A stretch of 64,000 bases of DNA from Candidatus Hydrogenedentota bacterium (GCA_045863335.1 BTVY01000014.1:1-64000), one strand, 5' to 3'. Counted from the stretch's first letter, positions 1-9,986 are shown. Numbers and translations are program-made. The notes: generated by a model not told the origin, from the letters alone.

Positions 1-127
1 GATGAATACCTTTCAAGAACAATAAGTTGCCTTAATTATGATGCAATGCACTAGAGTCCGATACAACAAGCCCTGCCGCGGACGGTTAGCCGCGCGTGCA
101 GTACCGTGAACCGATGGGAGAGATTAC

Positions 128-262
128 ATGAAACACCTCATTGTCCAATCACGTTCGCGCCAGTTTCCGTTGAAAGCAGACGAAAAGGGGCCGATCATGG
201 TCGATCCCTGCGCCGGGCTTTCGGGAAAGCAACTGAAGGCGTGTGAGAAAAAGCACAACTAA
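128..262 (+). CDS. small peptide 1 (44 aa, MKHLIVQSRSRQFPLKADEKGPIMVDPCAGLSGKQLKACEKKHN)
   Basis: Translated by hand. GGGAG RBS upstream of ATG128, TAA at 260-262. Shares SxxFPxxA and DPC-x10-CE with the next two ORFs. Confidence 0.7.
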   Translation: MKHLIVQSRSRQFPLKADEKGPIMVDPCAGLSGKQLKACEKKHN

Positions 263-311
263 ACCGCAGTCAAGAGCCGCCGCAGGCGAATACGGAGGGC
301 AACACCCCGCC

Positions 312-470
312 ATGAAGAGAAAGCAACGTCTACTTAAGAATCTTTCCAAGAAGCTCCCCCTCAGTGCTGAAGCCAAGGGCGGCGAGATCCAGGATCCCTG
401 CGCGGAACTCACGGGCGTCGAGCGTAAGAAATGCGAGTGCAAGGCCTACAAGGGCGGCGTAGTATATTGA
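312..470 (+). CDS. small peptide 2 (52 aa, MKRKQRLLKNLSKKLPLSAEAKGGEIQDPCAELTGVERKKCECKAYKGGVVY)
   Basis: GGAGGG RBS upstream of ATG312. C-terminal part of track ORF 243..470. Paralogous motifs with its neighbours. Confidence 0.7.
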   Translation: MKRKQRLLKNLSKKLPLSAEAKGGEIQDPCAELTGVERKKCECKAYKGGVVY

Positions 471-492
471 CGCGAACTCGAAGGGGAGCGTC

Positions 493-648
493 ATGAAACA
501 CGTGCATTCGCAAACCAAGAGCCAATTCTTGCCCCGTCCCGCGATTAGCGTGGGCGGATTCGTCGCCATCTTGAATTGCGATTCGGAGGTCAATGACGAC
601 GGCAAAAAGTGTGAACTCGAGATCACGAAGATTGGCGATCCTTCGTAG
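493..648 (+). CDS. small peptide 3 (51 aa, MKHVHSQTKSQFLPRPAISVGGFVAILNCDSEVNDDGKKCELEITKIGDPS)
   Basis: AAGGGGAG RBS upstream of ATG493, TAG at 646-648. SxxLPxxA and C-x10-CE motifs. Confidence 0.65.
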   Translation: MKHVHSQTKSQFLPRPAISVGGFVAILNCDSEVNDDGKKCELEITKIGDPS

Positions 649-657
649 CCTGGTCTG

Positions 658-706
658 ACGGGACGCCGTGCCGCCTAGAGCGTGGGCGGTTCGGCGTCCC
701 GTTTTC
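658..706 (+). terminator. probable intrinsic terminator closing the peptide array
   Basis: ACGGGACGCCG (658-668) pairs with CGGCGTCCCGT (692-702), with an inner CCGCC/GGCGG stem, followed by a short T run. Confidence 0.6.
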
Positions 707-920
707 AGGTTCCGCGCTTCGTTTGTGAAGCCGGCCTTCGGAATCCCGCGGCCACTTTCAATGGACGCGCCCGCAGTCATGCCAGGCTGGCCCTTTTAGA
801 GTCGCCGAAAAATACAAAGTGGCAGCGCGCATCTGTACAATAGGGGACCCTCAATGCAGACAATGGCAATCGGCGCGCCGGATTGGATGTGTGCGCGTCA
901 TCTTTTGCAGAGGTAGTTGA

Positions 921-1880
921 TTGAGTTACGTCGTTCTGATCGCCGGATTCGTTTTCCTTATCAAAGGCGCGGACTTGCTTGTCGAAGGGGCGTCATCCCT
1001 AGCGAAGCGTCTAGGCGTGTCGGACCTCGTCATTGGAATGACCATTGTCGCCCTGGGCACCTCGCTTCCGGAACTCATCGTCAGCGTGTTCGCGGCGGCC
1101 AAAGGCGTCACCGGCATCGCCATCGGCAATGTAATCGGCAGCAACATCGCCAACATCCTGCTTGTTTTGGGTGTTGCTGCTGTAATCAGTCCCGTTATCG
1201 TGGCGCGAGGCACGGTTCGCAAAGAGATACCGTTTTGCCTTCTCGCGGCCCTGCAAGTGGCACTACTTCCCAACGATCGCATCATCGAGGGTGAGACCCA
1301 CAACATTCTGAGCCGGATTGATGGTTTTGTCTTGCTCAGCTTTCTTGTGCTCTTTTTGTACTATGTCTTCGAACTGGCCCGTTCCTCGGAAGCCGAAATG
1401 CTGGACGTGCCGGAGTTCACGACGACAGTGCCCCGTTCCCTGGGGCGAATCGCGATCGGCTTGATCGGGCTGACTCTGGGTGGCCAATGGGTCGTCCGTA
1501 GCGCCACCGACATCGCGCGTGCGTTTGATGTAAGTGATGACATCATTGGCCTGACCATCGTGGCAATTGGCACGTCACTTCCCGAGCTGGCAACTTCGGC
1601 CGTGGCCGCCTATCGAAAGAATTCGGATATTGCCGTCGGCAACATCGTCGGCTCCAATATCTTCAACGTGTTTCTCGTGCTCGCCGTGACGGCCATCATC
1701 CATCCCTTGCCCTTCTCGTCCACCAACAATATCGATGTGGGCGTGATGATAGGCACCACAATGCTGTTGCTCCTCTTCATGTTTACGGGGCGAGTGAAAT
1801 ACGAGATTCAGCGCATCGAAGGCGTCATCTTCCTGTTTTCCTACGCCGCATACATTGGATTCCTCATCTACAGGTCGTAA
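921..1880 (+). CDS. calcium/sodium antiporter (CaCA, YrbG-like)
   Basis: Two GTSLPEL alpha-repeats and GNxxGSNI motifs; polytopic membrane protein. Confidence 0.93.
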   Translation: MSYVVLIAGFVFLIKGADLLVEGASSLAKRLGVSDLVIGMTIVALGTSLPELIVSVFAAAKGVTGIAIGNVIGSNIANILLVLGVAAVISPVIVARGTVRKEIPFCLLAALQVALLPNDRIIEGETHNILSRIDGFVLLSFLVLFLYYVFELARSSEAEMLDVPEFTTTVPRSLGRIAIGLIGLTLGGQWVVRSATDIARAFDVSDDIIGLTIVAIGTSLPELATSAVAAYRKNSDIAVGNIVGSNIFNVFLVLAVTAIIHPLPFSSTNNIDVGVMIGTTMLLLLFMFTGRVKYEIQRIEGVIFLFSYAAYIGFLIYRS

Positions 1881-1891
1881 CGGAGGCCATC

Positions 1892-2599
1892 ATGCGCGTG
1901 ATCGTCACCGGCGCCAGTAAAGGGATTGGACGAGGTATCGCGACGTACCTCGCAAAAGACACACGAGTCCAACTTTTCCTGATTGCGCGCTCCAAGGATC
2001 TCCTCGACGAAGTCCGCCGGAGCTTGGAGGAGCTGGATTGCGAATGCTACAGCTTCGCCTGCGACCTGCGCGATCCAGATGCGGCGGAGAGCGCCATCAA
2101 TGACGCTGTGGTTCATCTTGGAGGCGTCGATGCGCTCATCAACAATGCCGGGCTTGTCATCCGCAAGAGCGCCTTCGACATTTCGCTTGACGAATGGCGC
2201 GCCATGGTCGATACGAATATCAACGGACTTTTCTACGCCACCCGCGCCGTGCTGCCCCACATGAAGCGGCAAGGAAGCGGCCACATCATCAACGTGTCGT
2301 CTATTTCCGGCCGCGTGCCGTTACCGGGCGGGAGTGGGTATGCGGCAACCAAGTTCGCGGTCACTGGATTCTCGCAATCCCTTTTTCAGGAGGTTCGCGA
2401 TTTCGGAATCAAGGTGACGACAATCTATCCGGGCTCCGTTGACTCCGCATCCCATCGTCACGATCCCAGCGAAGACGCGGGGTGGAAGGTAAGCCCCGAA
2501 GAAGTGGGCGAAGCTTGCGCCCACGTGTTGCACACGCCATCGGGGACGGTCATCAGCGAATTGGAGATTCGGCCTGTGGGCCGTCCTCCAAAGAAGTAG
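1892..2599 (+). CDS. SDR family oxidoreductase
   Basis: TGASKGIG, NNAG and YAATK motifs. Confidence 0.93.
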   Translation: MRVIVTGASKGIGRGIATYLAKDTRVQLFLIARSKDLLDEVRRSLEELDCECYSFACDLRDPDAAESAINDAVVHLGGVDALINNAGLVIRKSAFDISLDEWRAMVDTNINGLFYATRAVLPHMKRQGSGHIINVSSISGRVPLPGGSGYAATKFAVTGFSQSLFQEVRDFGIKVTTIYPGSVDSASHRHDPSEDAGWKVSPEEVGEACAHVLHTPSGTVISELEIRPVGRPPKK

Positions 2600-2657
2600 G
2601 TCGCTCCACGTACGCACTCCTTTGCCGTTTTCGCGCAAAAGGCTGGGTCCTTGGCGA

Positions 2658-2677
2658 AGCGGGTTAGAAAACCCGCT
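2658..2677. repeat. REP-like short palindrome
   Basis: Intergenic AGCGGGTT-AGAA-AACCCGCT. Confidence 0.4.
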
Positions 2678-2781
2678 CTCCCGACGAGCACCCCGCCGTC
2701 TTCACAGGAATAAATCCAACTTCATCTGTGTACGAAGCAAGGAACCGTTCGGTCTTGAGATATCAACTTCGAAGGAGATTC

Positions 2782-3363
2782 ATGATGCGACTTGTGAAAT
2801 GTTCCCTGGCGATGCTTTCTGCAATGGCGTTTGGCTTTTCGGCCCCTTCGTTCGCGGCGGACACGTACGAGATTGACCCGGTTCACGCGGCGTACATCTT
2901 CAAGGTCAGCCACCTGGGGGTCAGCTATAGTTACGGGCGTTTCAATGAATCCTCGGGGACCTTCACGTTGGACGCGGAGACCCCCGAGAATAACAGCATC
3001 GAGATCGAAGTTAAGACCGACAGCATCGACACGGACAACGAAGCCCGCGATACGCACCTGAAGAGCGAAGATTTCTTCGACACCGCAAAGTATCCGACCA
3101 TGACGTTCCAGAGCGCGTCCTTCAAGAAGATTGACGACAATCATTTTGAAGTTACCGGCGACCTCACCATCCATGGTGTGACCAACACGGTGACCGTTCC
3201 GGCGGAACTGGTGGGTATCGGAGAAGGCAGGAACGATGAAGTCCGCGCCGGTCTCGAAGCCGTTTTCACCATCGATCGGACGGATTACGGCATGGACAAG
3301 ATGGTCGGTCCCGTGGGCGCAGAGGTCGAACTGACCATCAGCGTGGAAGGCGTCCGGCAGTAG
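2782..3363 (+). CDS. YceI family periplasmic lipid/polyisoprenoid-binding protein
   Basis: AAGGAG RBS, signal peptide, YEIDPVH..FKVSHLG, RDTHLKSEDFFD and GDLTIHGVT motifs. Confidence 0.92.
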   Translation: MMRLVKCSLAMLSAMAFGFSAPSFAADTYEIDPVHAAYIFKVSHLGVSYSYGRFNESSGTFTLDAETPENNSIEIEVKTDSIDTDNEARDTHLKSEDFFDTAKYPTMTFQSASFKKIDDNHFEVTGDLTIHGVTNTVTVPAELVGIGEGRNDEVRAGLEAVFTIDRTDYGMDKMVGPVGAEVELTISVEGVRQ

Positions 3364-3379
3364 AAGCGCCGCCGCGGGG

Positions 3380-5671
3380 CTAGATCTGCGGCACTAACGG
3401 AGGGGGCGCTTCGCCGGGCGGCAGCGACGGTTGCAACGGAACCGTTGGCGCCGACGGCGGTTCCGTGCCTTCGAGCAGTTGTTGTTCCATCTGCTCTTCG
3501 AGACGGCGTGCCTCTTCTTCCTCTGCCCGGCTCGCCGGTGGACGCGTTCCCTTCAAGAACGCCTCGCGAAATCCACCCGCCCAACCGCCGCTGGTTTGCC
3601 GGTCGACGGAGTGGAACTCGACCGCAGGGGAACCGTCTGCGTTCTTGGGCACCTCGAACTCCTTGACGGGAAGCCCTTCGTGGGCCTTGATCATAAACTC
3701 GGTCCAGACCGGGCAGGCGCGCCGGCCACCGGTGTACTCATTGCCGCGCCCCAGGGAGCGGTTGTCGCGGTAGCCGATCCAGACTACGCAGGTGTAGTAG
3801 GGCGTAAAACCGCAGAACCAAACGTCACGCGCGTCGTTGGTGGTCCCCGTCTTGCCAGCCCGCGGACGATTCAGGTCGGCAGAGCGGGCGCCGGTTCCCC
3901 AAGTGGCGACGCCTTCGAGCAGATACGTCATCAAATACGCCAGGTCGGGATCGAACGCGCGCCGTTCCATCTCCCGCAGGTCCTGCGGCGTGCAGGCGTA
4001 TACGGGAATGCCGTCGCGGTCCTTGATCTCTTCCACGAACACCGCGGGATGGTAGACACCCCCGTTGGCGAAGGTCGCGTAGGCAAGGCACTGCTCCAAG
4101 ACGGTGACCTGATGGGTGCCGAGCCCCAAGGTCAGGCCCACCGTGTCGTCTATGGGGATTTCGAACCCCGCCTTTTCAATCGTAGCGCGGACCATAGGCA
4201 TCTTGATTCGCTCGACGAGCCGGACGCTGACCGTATTGATCGATTGCTGAAGGGCGTACCGCAGCGTGACGGGGCCCTTGTACTTGCCGTCAAAGTTCTT
4301 GGGGTTCCAGGTGCGGCCTAGGGCGTCGTACCGCACGAACGGCTCATCCATAATGATGCTTGCCGCCGTGAGATTCGTTTTGCGGCCTTCGTCCAGTGCT
4401 GCCGCCCAGACGAAGGGTTTGACACTGGACCCGGGTTGACGGCGAGCCTGGGTAACGGTGTTGTATTTCTCCTGGGTCCAATCGCGGCCGCCGACCAGCG
4501 CGCGGACGAAGCCTTCCCGGCCGGGACGGTTGTCGATACACACCAAGGCGCCCGAGACGGGTTCGAACTCGTCGAGGCGTCCTTGCGATTCAAGCGATTT
4601 CCGCTTCTTTTCGTCGAAGGATTCCAGTTCCTTGAACAGGGCCTCTTCGGCGGCGCGTTGCAGTCGCATGTCCAGGGTTGTCGTGATCTCGAGTCCCTGC
4701 TCCAGCAGCATTTCCTTCGTGAACAGGTTGCTCTGAACAGCGCGCTGCCGCATTTCCTCCACGAAATAGGGTGCCAGGAACCGGTTTGGCCCGAGAACGC
4801 CTTCGCCCCGCGCCAGCCGCGCCTCGCGTTCCTCTTTGGTCATGATTTGTTCGGCGACATCTTCCGCGATGGCGGCGTCATACTCTTCCTGCGAGATGAA
4901 ACCGTTCTCCAGCATCTGGCCCAGCACGACGTTGCGCACCGCAGTGGCGCGGTCGGGATAGCGATCGGGCCGCCGATTGTTTGGCGAACGCAGGATACCC
5001 GCCAAGACGGCGCTCTGTCCGAGGGTCAGGTCGCGGCACGAAACGCCGAAGTACTGTTGTGAGGCCGCCTCCACGCCATAAGCACTCCCACCCAGGAAAC
5101 TCTTGTTGAGGAAGAGTTCGAGGATTTCGTCTTTCGTGAACTCGCGCTCGACCTGCAAGGCTACGATGGCCTCTTGAAGCTTTCGCGCCAAGGTCTGCTC
5201 GCGCGAGACCCCGGTCACGGTTTCTACGTCGCGCACCAACTGCTGGGTGATCGTGCTACCGCCGCGAATCCGGCCCGTGCGGAGGATGAACAAGGCCGCG
5301 TTCAGGATCGCGTCGGGCCGTACGCCCTTGTGCTGGTAAAACTTATCGTCTTCCGTTGCGATGAAAGCCTTCTGGAGGTGCAGGGGAATCTCGCTCAGAT
5401 TGACCAATTGCCGGTACTCAATGTTGTATTCGCCCAGCAACTCGCCCCGGTAGCCGTCTTCCGACGAGTAAATCTTGCTCCCCACTTTGGGCCGGTACGT
5501 ATCCAGCTCAACGACTTGGGTCTTAGCGTCTTCCAAGTACCAAACGAAGAGTCCCAGCGCCGCGCCCCACGCCGCCGCCGCCACCATCATGGCGAGGAAA
5601 AACACGAACCCGCAGCCCCGCGTTTGCATGCGCCGGAAAGGGGACGACTCTTTCTTCTCGGTTTCGCTCAT
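3380..5671 (-). CDS. class A penicillin-binding protein (PBP1A family)
   Basis: TM anchor; transglycosylase EDDKFYQHKG, GGSTITQQL, RKLQE; transpeptidase SSVK, SIN, KTGT. Start set at MSETEKK. Confidence 0.93.
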   Translation of the reverse strand: MSETEKKESSPFRRMQTRGCGFVFFLAMMVAAAAWGAALGLFVWYLEDAKTQVVELDTYRPKVGSKIYSSEDGYRGELLGEYNIEYRQLVNLSEIPLHLQKAFIATEDDKFYQHKGVRPDAILNAALFILRTGRIRGGSTITQQLVRDVETVTGVSREQTLARKLQEAIVALQVEREFTKDEILELFLNKSFLGGSAYGVEAASQQYFGVSCRDLTLGQSAVLAGILRSPNNRRPDRYPDRATAVRNVVLGQMLENGFISQEEYDAAIAEDVAEQIMTKEEREARLARGEGVLGPNRFLAPYFVEEMRQRAVQSNLFTKEMLLEQGLEITTTLDMRLQRAAEEALFKELESFDEKKRKSLESQGRLDEFEPVSGALVCIDNRPGREGFVRALVGGRDWTQEKYNTVTQARRQPGSSVKPFVWAAALDEGRKTNLTAASIIMDEPFVRYDALGRTWNPKNFDGKYKGPVTLRYALQQSINTVSVRLVERIKMPMVRATIEKAGFEIPIDDTVGLTLGLGTHQVTVLEQCLAYATFANGGVYHPAVFVEEIKDRDGIPVYACTPQDLREMERRAFDPDLAYLMTYLLEGVATWGTGARSADLNRPRAGKTGTTNDARDVWFCGFTPYYTCVVWIGYRDNRSLGRGNEYTGGRRACPVWTEFMIKAHEGLPVKEFEVPKNADGSPAVEFHSVDRQTSGGWAGGFREAFLKGTRPPASRAEEEEARRLEEQMEQQLLEGTEPPSAPTVPLQPSLPPGEAPPPLVPQI

Positions 5672-5915
5672 AGGTCGGATCGTACCATGCGGCAACGGCT
5701 TGAACAATGACGCTCTCTACAATCCCGGCAAAGGTGAAACAGTTCCCCCATTCGGCACTGTGTATGAAGAGCAGTTGCGCACTAGCGTCTAATTCGTCGA
5801 AATGACCTGACTGGAACGCCAAATTGGAAACCGGGCCGCGTTCCGGTAGTATGATAGGTTGATTCCGGGTTTGATACCGTAGAATTTCCGCAGATTGCGA
5901 ATTGGAGGATTTGGA

Positions 5916-7322
5916 ATGTCGAAGAAGAACGATGTATCGCGACGCGCATTTATGCGTGATGCCGCCAAGGTCGCGGCGGGTGTCACGGCCGGTTCGGCGG
6001 TGGCCACGAAGACCGCGCGCGCGGACGTATACAAGAGCATTATGCCCCAGTCCGTCATGGGGGCCAACGAGAAGATCATTACCGGTCACATCGGCGTGGG
6101 CAACATGGGGAAGCGGGACCTCCAGTTTGTGGTGATGCGCGACGACACGCAGCCCGTCGCCGTATGCGATTTATTCCCAAAGTTCACTCAACAGGCAAGC
6201 CAAATTGTCCAATCGAAGGGCCATCCGGCTCCTACCGAACACACCAATTTCGAGGAAGTCATCGAGAACAAAGATATTAACGTCGTCGTCATTGTGACGC
6301 CCGACCACTGGCATACGGTTCCCGCGATGATGGCCATCGACGCGGGCAAAGACGTGTATTGCGAAAAGCCACTGTGCACGACCATCGAAGAGGCCAAGGC
6401 CATCAAGGCCAAGGTGCACGAGAAGAAGGCCGTGTATCAGAGCGGCACCATGCAACGGAGCGGCCCCTATTTCCAGGAAGCTGTCCAGATGATCCAGGAT
6501 GGCTACATCGGCAAGATCGGCCGGGTCGAGTGTTGGAACAACGATCACTCCACCATCGAAGGCATTGGAAATCCTCCCGATGAAGAGCCGCCCTCCTGGC
6601 TTGATTGGGAACGGTACGTTGGCTGGACACCGAAGGTTCCGTTCAACAAGAACCGCTACATCTACAACTTCCGCTGGTTCAAGGACTACTCCGGCGGGAA
6701 GATTACGGACTGGGGCGCTCATCTGCTCGACGTGGCGATTTGGGCCATGGGCGACGAGAAACCCATTCGCCGCGTGACCGCGGCCAGCGGAAACCTCATC
6801 CTTCAGGACAACCGGACCACGCCCGACACGCTGGACACGTTCTGGGAGTTCGACGATTACATTCTCAGCTTCTCGAACCGCGCCTGGAATCCGGATTGGC
6901 TCGAAGGCACCGACCTTGGCAGCCCCGGCCACGGCATCTTCTTCCACGGCACGCTCGGCAGCATGCGCGTCGACCGGCTCGGTTACCAGGTCTTCCCCTT
7001 CCGCGACAACGGCGGGTGCGAACCTGTGGCGAAACGCGACGCCCTGGAAATGGACATGAACGTGGGCCACTGGCAGGACTTCATGGAATGCGTCCGGAGT
7101 CGAAAGGATCCGATCTGCAACGTGGACGTGGCCTATCGCACGGTCGTCACCTGTATCACCGGCAAGTGCGCGTACATTGCCAATGCGAAGCTGGATTACG
7201 ACGCCGAAGAAGACAAGTTTGTCGGCGATTCGGAAGCCGTGAAGCTCGCGAACGAATGGGCCTACCGTCCGTACGAAAACGGCTGGTCGCTCAAGGCCCC
7301 GTATTACGAAGGTTGGGCATAG
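5916..7322 (+). CDS. Tat-exported Gfo/Idh/MocA oxidoreductase
   Basis: SRRAFM Tat motif, GVGNMG, TPDHWH, CEKP, DWGAH. Confidence 0.92.
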   Translation: MSKKNDVSRRAFMRDAAKVAAGVTAGSAVATKTARADVYKSIMPQSVMGANEKIITGHIGVGNMGKRDLQFVVMRDDTQPVAVCDLFPKFTQQASQIVQSKGHPAPTEHTNFEEVIENKDINVVVIVTPDHWHTVPAMMAIDAGKDVYCEKPLCTTIEEAKAIKAKVHEKKAVYQSGTMQRSGPYFQEAVQMIQDGYIGKIGRVECWNNDHSTIEGIGNPPDEEPPSWLDWERYVGWTPKVPFNKNRYIYNFRWFKDYSGGKITDWGAHLLDVAIWAMGDEKPIRRVTAASGNLILQDNRTTPDTLDTFWEFDDYILSFSNRAWNPDWLEGTDLGSPGHGIFFHGTLGSMRVDRLGYQVFPFRDNGGCEPVAKRDALEMDMNVGHWQDFMECVRSRKDPICNVDVAYRTVVTCITGKCAYIANAKLDYDAEEDKFVGDSEAVKLANEWAYRPYENGWSLKAPYYEGWA

Positions 7323-7379
7323 TTGGATTGCGGATCGCCGGAAGGTACGGCCGGCGCATAGGTTCAAAGGAACAAAACC

Positions 7380-8090
7380 ATGAAACCATATCGTGGATTA
7401 GCATTGGCGGTGGCGCTTCTCATTCCGTTAGCGCTCGCGCAGGAAGCCGGCAAGGAAGCATGGGTCGAGAAGGGCCTCCTGACTCAGGAAGAAGCGGCCG
7501 ACGGCTTCGCGCCCCTTTTTAACGGCGAGAACCTCGATGGCTGGTGGTGCCGGGGCGAAAACGAGGCGGCCTATCAGATCAAGGACGGCGGCATCCTCCT
7601 GGTCACCGGTGAGGAAGGCGGCGACTGGTTGTTTACCGACGACCAGTACGGGAATTTCGTGCTCCGCTACGAGTACCGTTGCGTGAGCGGCGAAGGCAAC
7701 TCGGGCGTAGGCATTCGTTCGCCGAAAGAGGGTAACCCCGCCTTCGACGGATTTGAAATCCAGGTGCTGCGTCCCGGCTGGGAGACGCCGTACCAGCGCT
7801 CCTGCGCCTTGTACTCCGTGCAGCCCCCGACAGTGGAAGCGGACAAGCCCTTTGGCGAATGGAACTCCGTCGAAGTTATGGCCGATGGCACCCGCATCCG
7901 GACCACCTTGAACGGAACGGTCGTGTATGATGTCCACACCACCGACTTCACACCGGAAACCGTCGACGAGGACTGGCAGAAGCCCGCGAACAACCGGCCC
8001 ATGAAAGGCCATATTGCCTTGCAGGATCATTCGGACGCCGTCGAGTTTCGCATGATGCGGATCAAGCGGCTACCGGAACAAGGCGAGTAA
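7380..8090 (+). CDS. DUF1080 (3-keto-glycoside-processing family) protein, secreted
   Basis: Signal peptide, LFNGENLDGW, GNSGV, EIQV, GEWN, GHIALQDH..VEFR. Confidence 0.9.
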   Translation: MKPYRGLALAVALLIPLALAQEAGKEAWVEKGLLTQEEAADGFAPLFNGENLDGWWCRGENEAAYQIKDGGILLVTGEEGGDWLFTDDQYGNFVLRYEYRCVSGEGNSGVGIRSPKEGNPAFDGFEIQVLRPGWETPYQRSCALYSVQPPTVEADKPFGEWNSVEVMADGTRIRTTLNGTVVYDVHTTDFTPETVDEDWQKPANNRPMKGHIALQDHSDAVEFRMMRIKRLPEQGE

Positions 8091-8135
8091 GCCGGTCTCG
8101 TATTCGGCGGGAGAAACCTGAACGAGGAGCGTACG

Positions 8136-9233
8136 GTGAGCAAATCCCTGACGCGACGACATTTTCTTGCGCTGTCCACCGCGGCAGCCGTGGCAGCGCC
8201 CCGCGCGGCGGCATCGCCACAACGTTCCGGCGCGTTGCGCATCGGGATCATCGGCATGGGCCGTCGAGGTTCTGAACTGGCCAACGCGGTTGAGAACCGA
8301 AGCGAAAAGCACGGTTGCAGGCTGGCCGTTGTGTGCGATCCAGACGTCCGTCGCTGCGCCTCGTTCCCGGACGCCGTGACAGATTGGCGCGATGCCATCG
8401 AAAGCGACCTCGACGCGCTCCTTATCGCGACACCGGACTATCTTCACGCGCCCCTGGCCATTGCCGCCATGGAGGCCGGCAAACACGTGTACTGCGAGGC
8501 GCCCCTGGCCCGAACCGTTGACGAAGCGGCGGCCATCCGGCGCGTCGCGGCGGCGACGAAGCGTGTCTTCGGCGTGGGCGTATCGGAATCGCTCACCCCG
8601 GTCTGGCGCGCAGCAAAGTCGATTGTGGCGGAGGATCGCATCGGGATCGTGTACTGGTGTCAGAGCAGCGTGACGCCGCGCACCTCGCCAACGACTCCCT
8701 CCTGGCGGGACGATTGGGAAACCTCGGCAGGTCTCGCGACCGGAGCGTTCTTTGACCGGCTCACGGCCATGATGTACGCGACGCAGTTGCGCATTCCCGA
8801 TAGGGTGACGGTTGCCGGCGGAAACTACTCAGGCAAGGCCCGGCAGATCCCCGATTCCTACGTGGCCAGTTTTGAGTATCAAGAAGGGCCGCGTCTTGTC
8901 ATGACCACGGCCCCGGCACACGGTAAAGGTTCGCCCACCGTCATTCGCGGCAGCCGTGGGACGCTCCATGTAAGCGCCTCAAGTGTCACGCTCGAAACAG
9001 AATCCGGGAAAATGCAAGAGATCCAGATTCGGGAGGAATCCACGGACGCGCTGGATCATTGGCTGGCAAGTCTTCGGACTGGAATGGCCGGTGCGGTTGA
9101 CGCCGAGAGCGCATATCCCGTGACGGTCGCCACGGCGATGGCCAACGACGCCTATCGAAACGGGCGCGCGGCGACCTTCGACACAGCGAGCGCTTGTATA
9201 GTTCCTGCGGCGACGCGGGCTCGCACCGCGTAA
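8136..9233 (+). CDS. Gfo/Idh/MocA family protein, degenerate active site
   Basis: TRRHFL Tat motif, GIIGMGRRG, TPDYLH; CEAP in place of CEKP. Confidence 0.82.
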   Translation: MSKSLTRRHFLALSTAAAVAAPRAAASPQRSGALRIGIIGMGRRGSELANAVENRSEKHGCRLAVVCDPDVRRCASFPDAVTDWRDAIESDLDALLIATPDYLHAPLAIAAMEAGKHVYCEAPLARTVDEAAAIRRVAAATKRVFGVGVSESLTPVWRAAKSIVAEDRIGIVYWCQSSVTPRTSPTTPSWRDDWETSAGLATGAFFDRLTAMMYATQLRIPDRVTVAGGNYSGKARQIPDSYVASFEYQEGPRLVMTTAPAHGKGSPTVIRGSRGTLHVSASSVTLETESGKMQEIQIREESTDALDHWLASLRTGMAGAVDAESAYPVTVATAMANDAYRNGRAATFDTASACIVPAATRARTA

Positions 9234-9265
9234 TGCGTACCGGGGGGAACGCGTTCGACAGCATC

Positions 9266-9970
9266 ATGGAAACCCGGCTGCAATTCGACATCCAACCGCA
9301 ACCCGACGAAACCACGTGCGGTCCGACCTGCCTGCACGCCGTCTACAATTACTACGACGATAGGGCCTCCCTACCGGATGTCATCCATGAAACCCCGAAG
9401 TTGGAAGAAGGTGGCACGCTTGCCGCCTTCCTCGCTGGCCACGCGCTGCGTCGCGGATACAACACCACCATTTACACCTACAACCTGAAAGTATTCGATC
9501 CGACTTGGTTCATGCCGGAAGCGCCCGAGATGCCCGAGCGTCTGCGGGCACGACTCGAACACAAGCGATCTCCCAAATTGCGCAGGGCCATCAAGGCCTA
9601 TCTCGATCTCCTGGAGCACGGAGGAACGGTCCGGTTCCAGGATCTCACGGCGAAACTGATCGAAAGTTACCTGGTTAAGGGGATTCCGATCCTGACCGGG
9701 CTCAGCTCCACCTACCTGTACCGGTGCGCCCGGGAGTATGGGCCGAACGCCGATTATGACGACGTGCGCGGCGACCCGGCTGGGCACTTTGTCGTCTTGT
9801 GCGGGTACGACAAGAAATCGAAGGAGATTCTGGTGGCGGATCCGTTGTTGCCGAATCCGTTCACCGAGGACCACTATTATCAAGTTAACATCGAACGGGT
9901 CATTTGCGCTATTCTCTTGGGCGTCCTGACGTACGACGCGAATCTGTTGGTGATACAACCGAAGGCATAA
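9266..9970 (+). CDS. peptidase C39-like (papain-fold) protein
   Basis: QPDETTCGPTCL (Cys), GHFVVL (His), VADP (Asp). Start could also be 9233. Confidence 0.82.
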   Translation: METRLQFDIQPQPDETTCGPTCLHAVYNYYDDRASLPDVIHETPKLEEGGTLAAFLAGHALRRGYNTTIYTYNLKVFDPTWFMPEAPEMPERLRARLEHKRSPKLRRAIKAYLDLLEHGGTVRFQDLTAKLIESYLVKGIPILTGLSSTYLYRCAREYGPNADYDDVRGDPAGHFVVLCGYDKKSKEILVADPLLPNPFTEDHYYQVNIERVICAILLGVLTYDANLLVIQPKA

Positions 9971-9986
9971 CGCGAGCGCCACACGT

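Noticed and set aside
243-311. N-terminal extension of track ORF 243..470
   Set aside because: It overlaps peptide 1 and has no RBS. ATG312 has a good SD and aligns with the paralogues.
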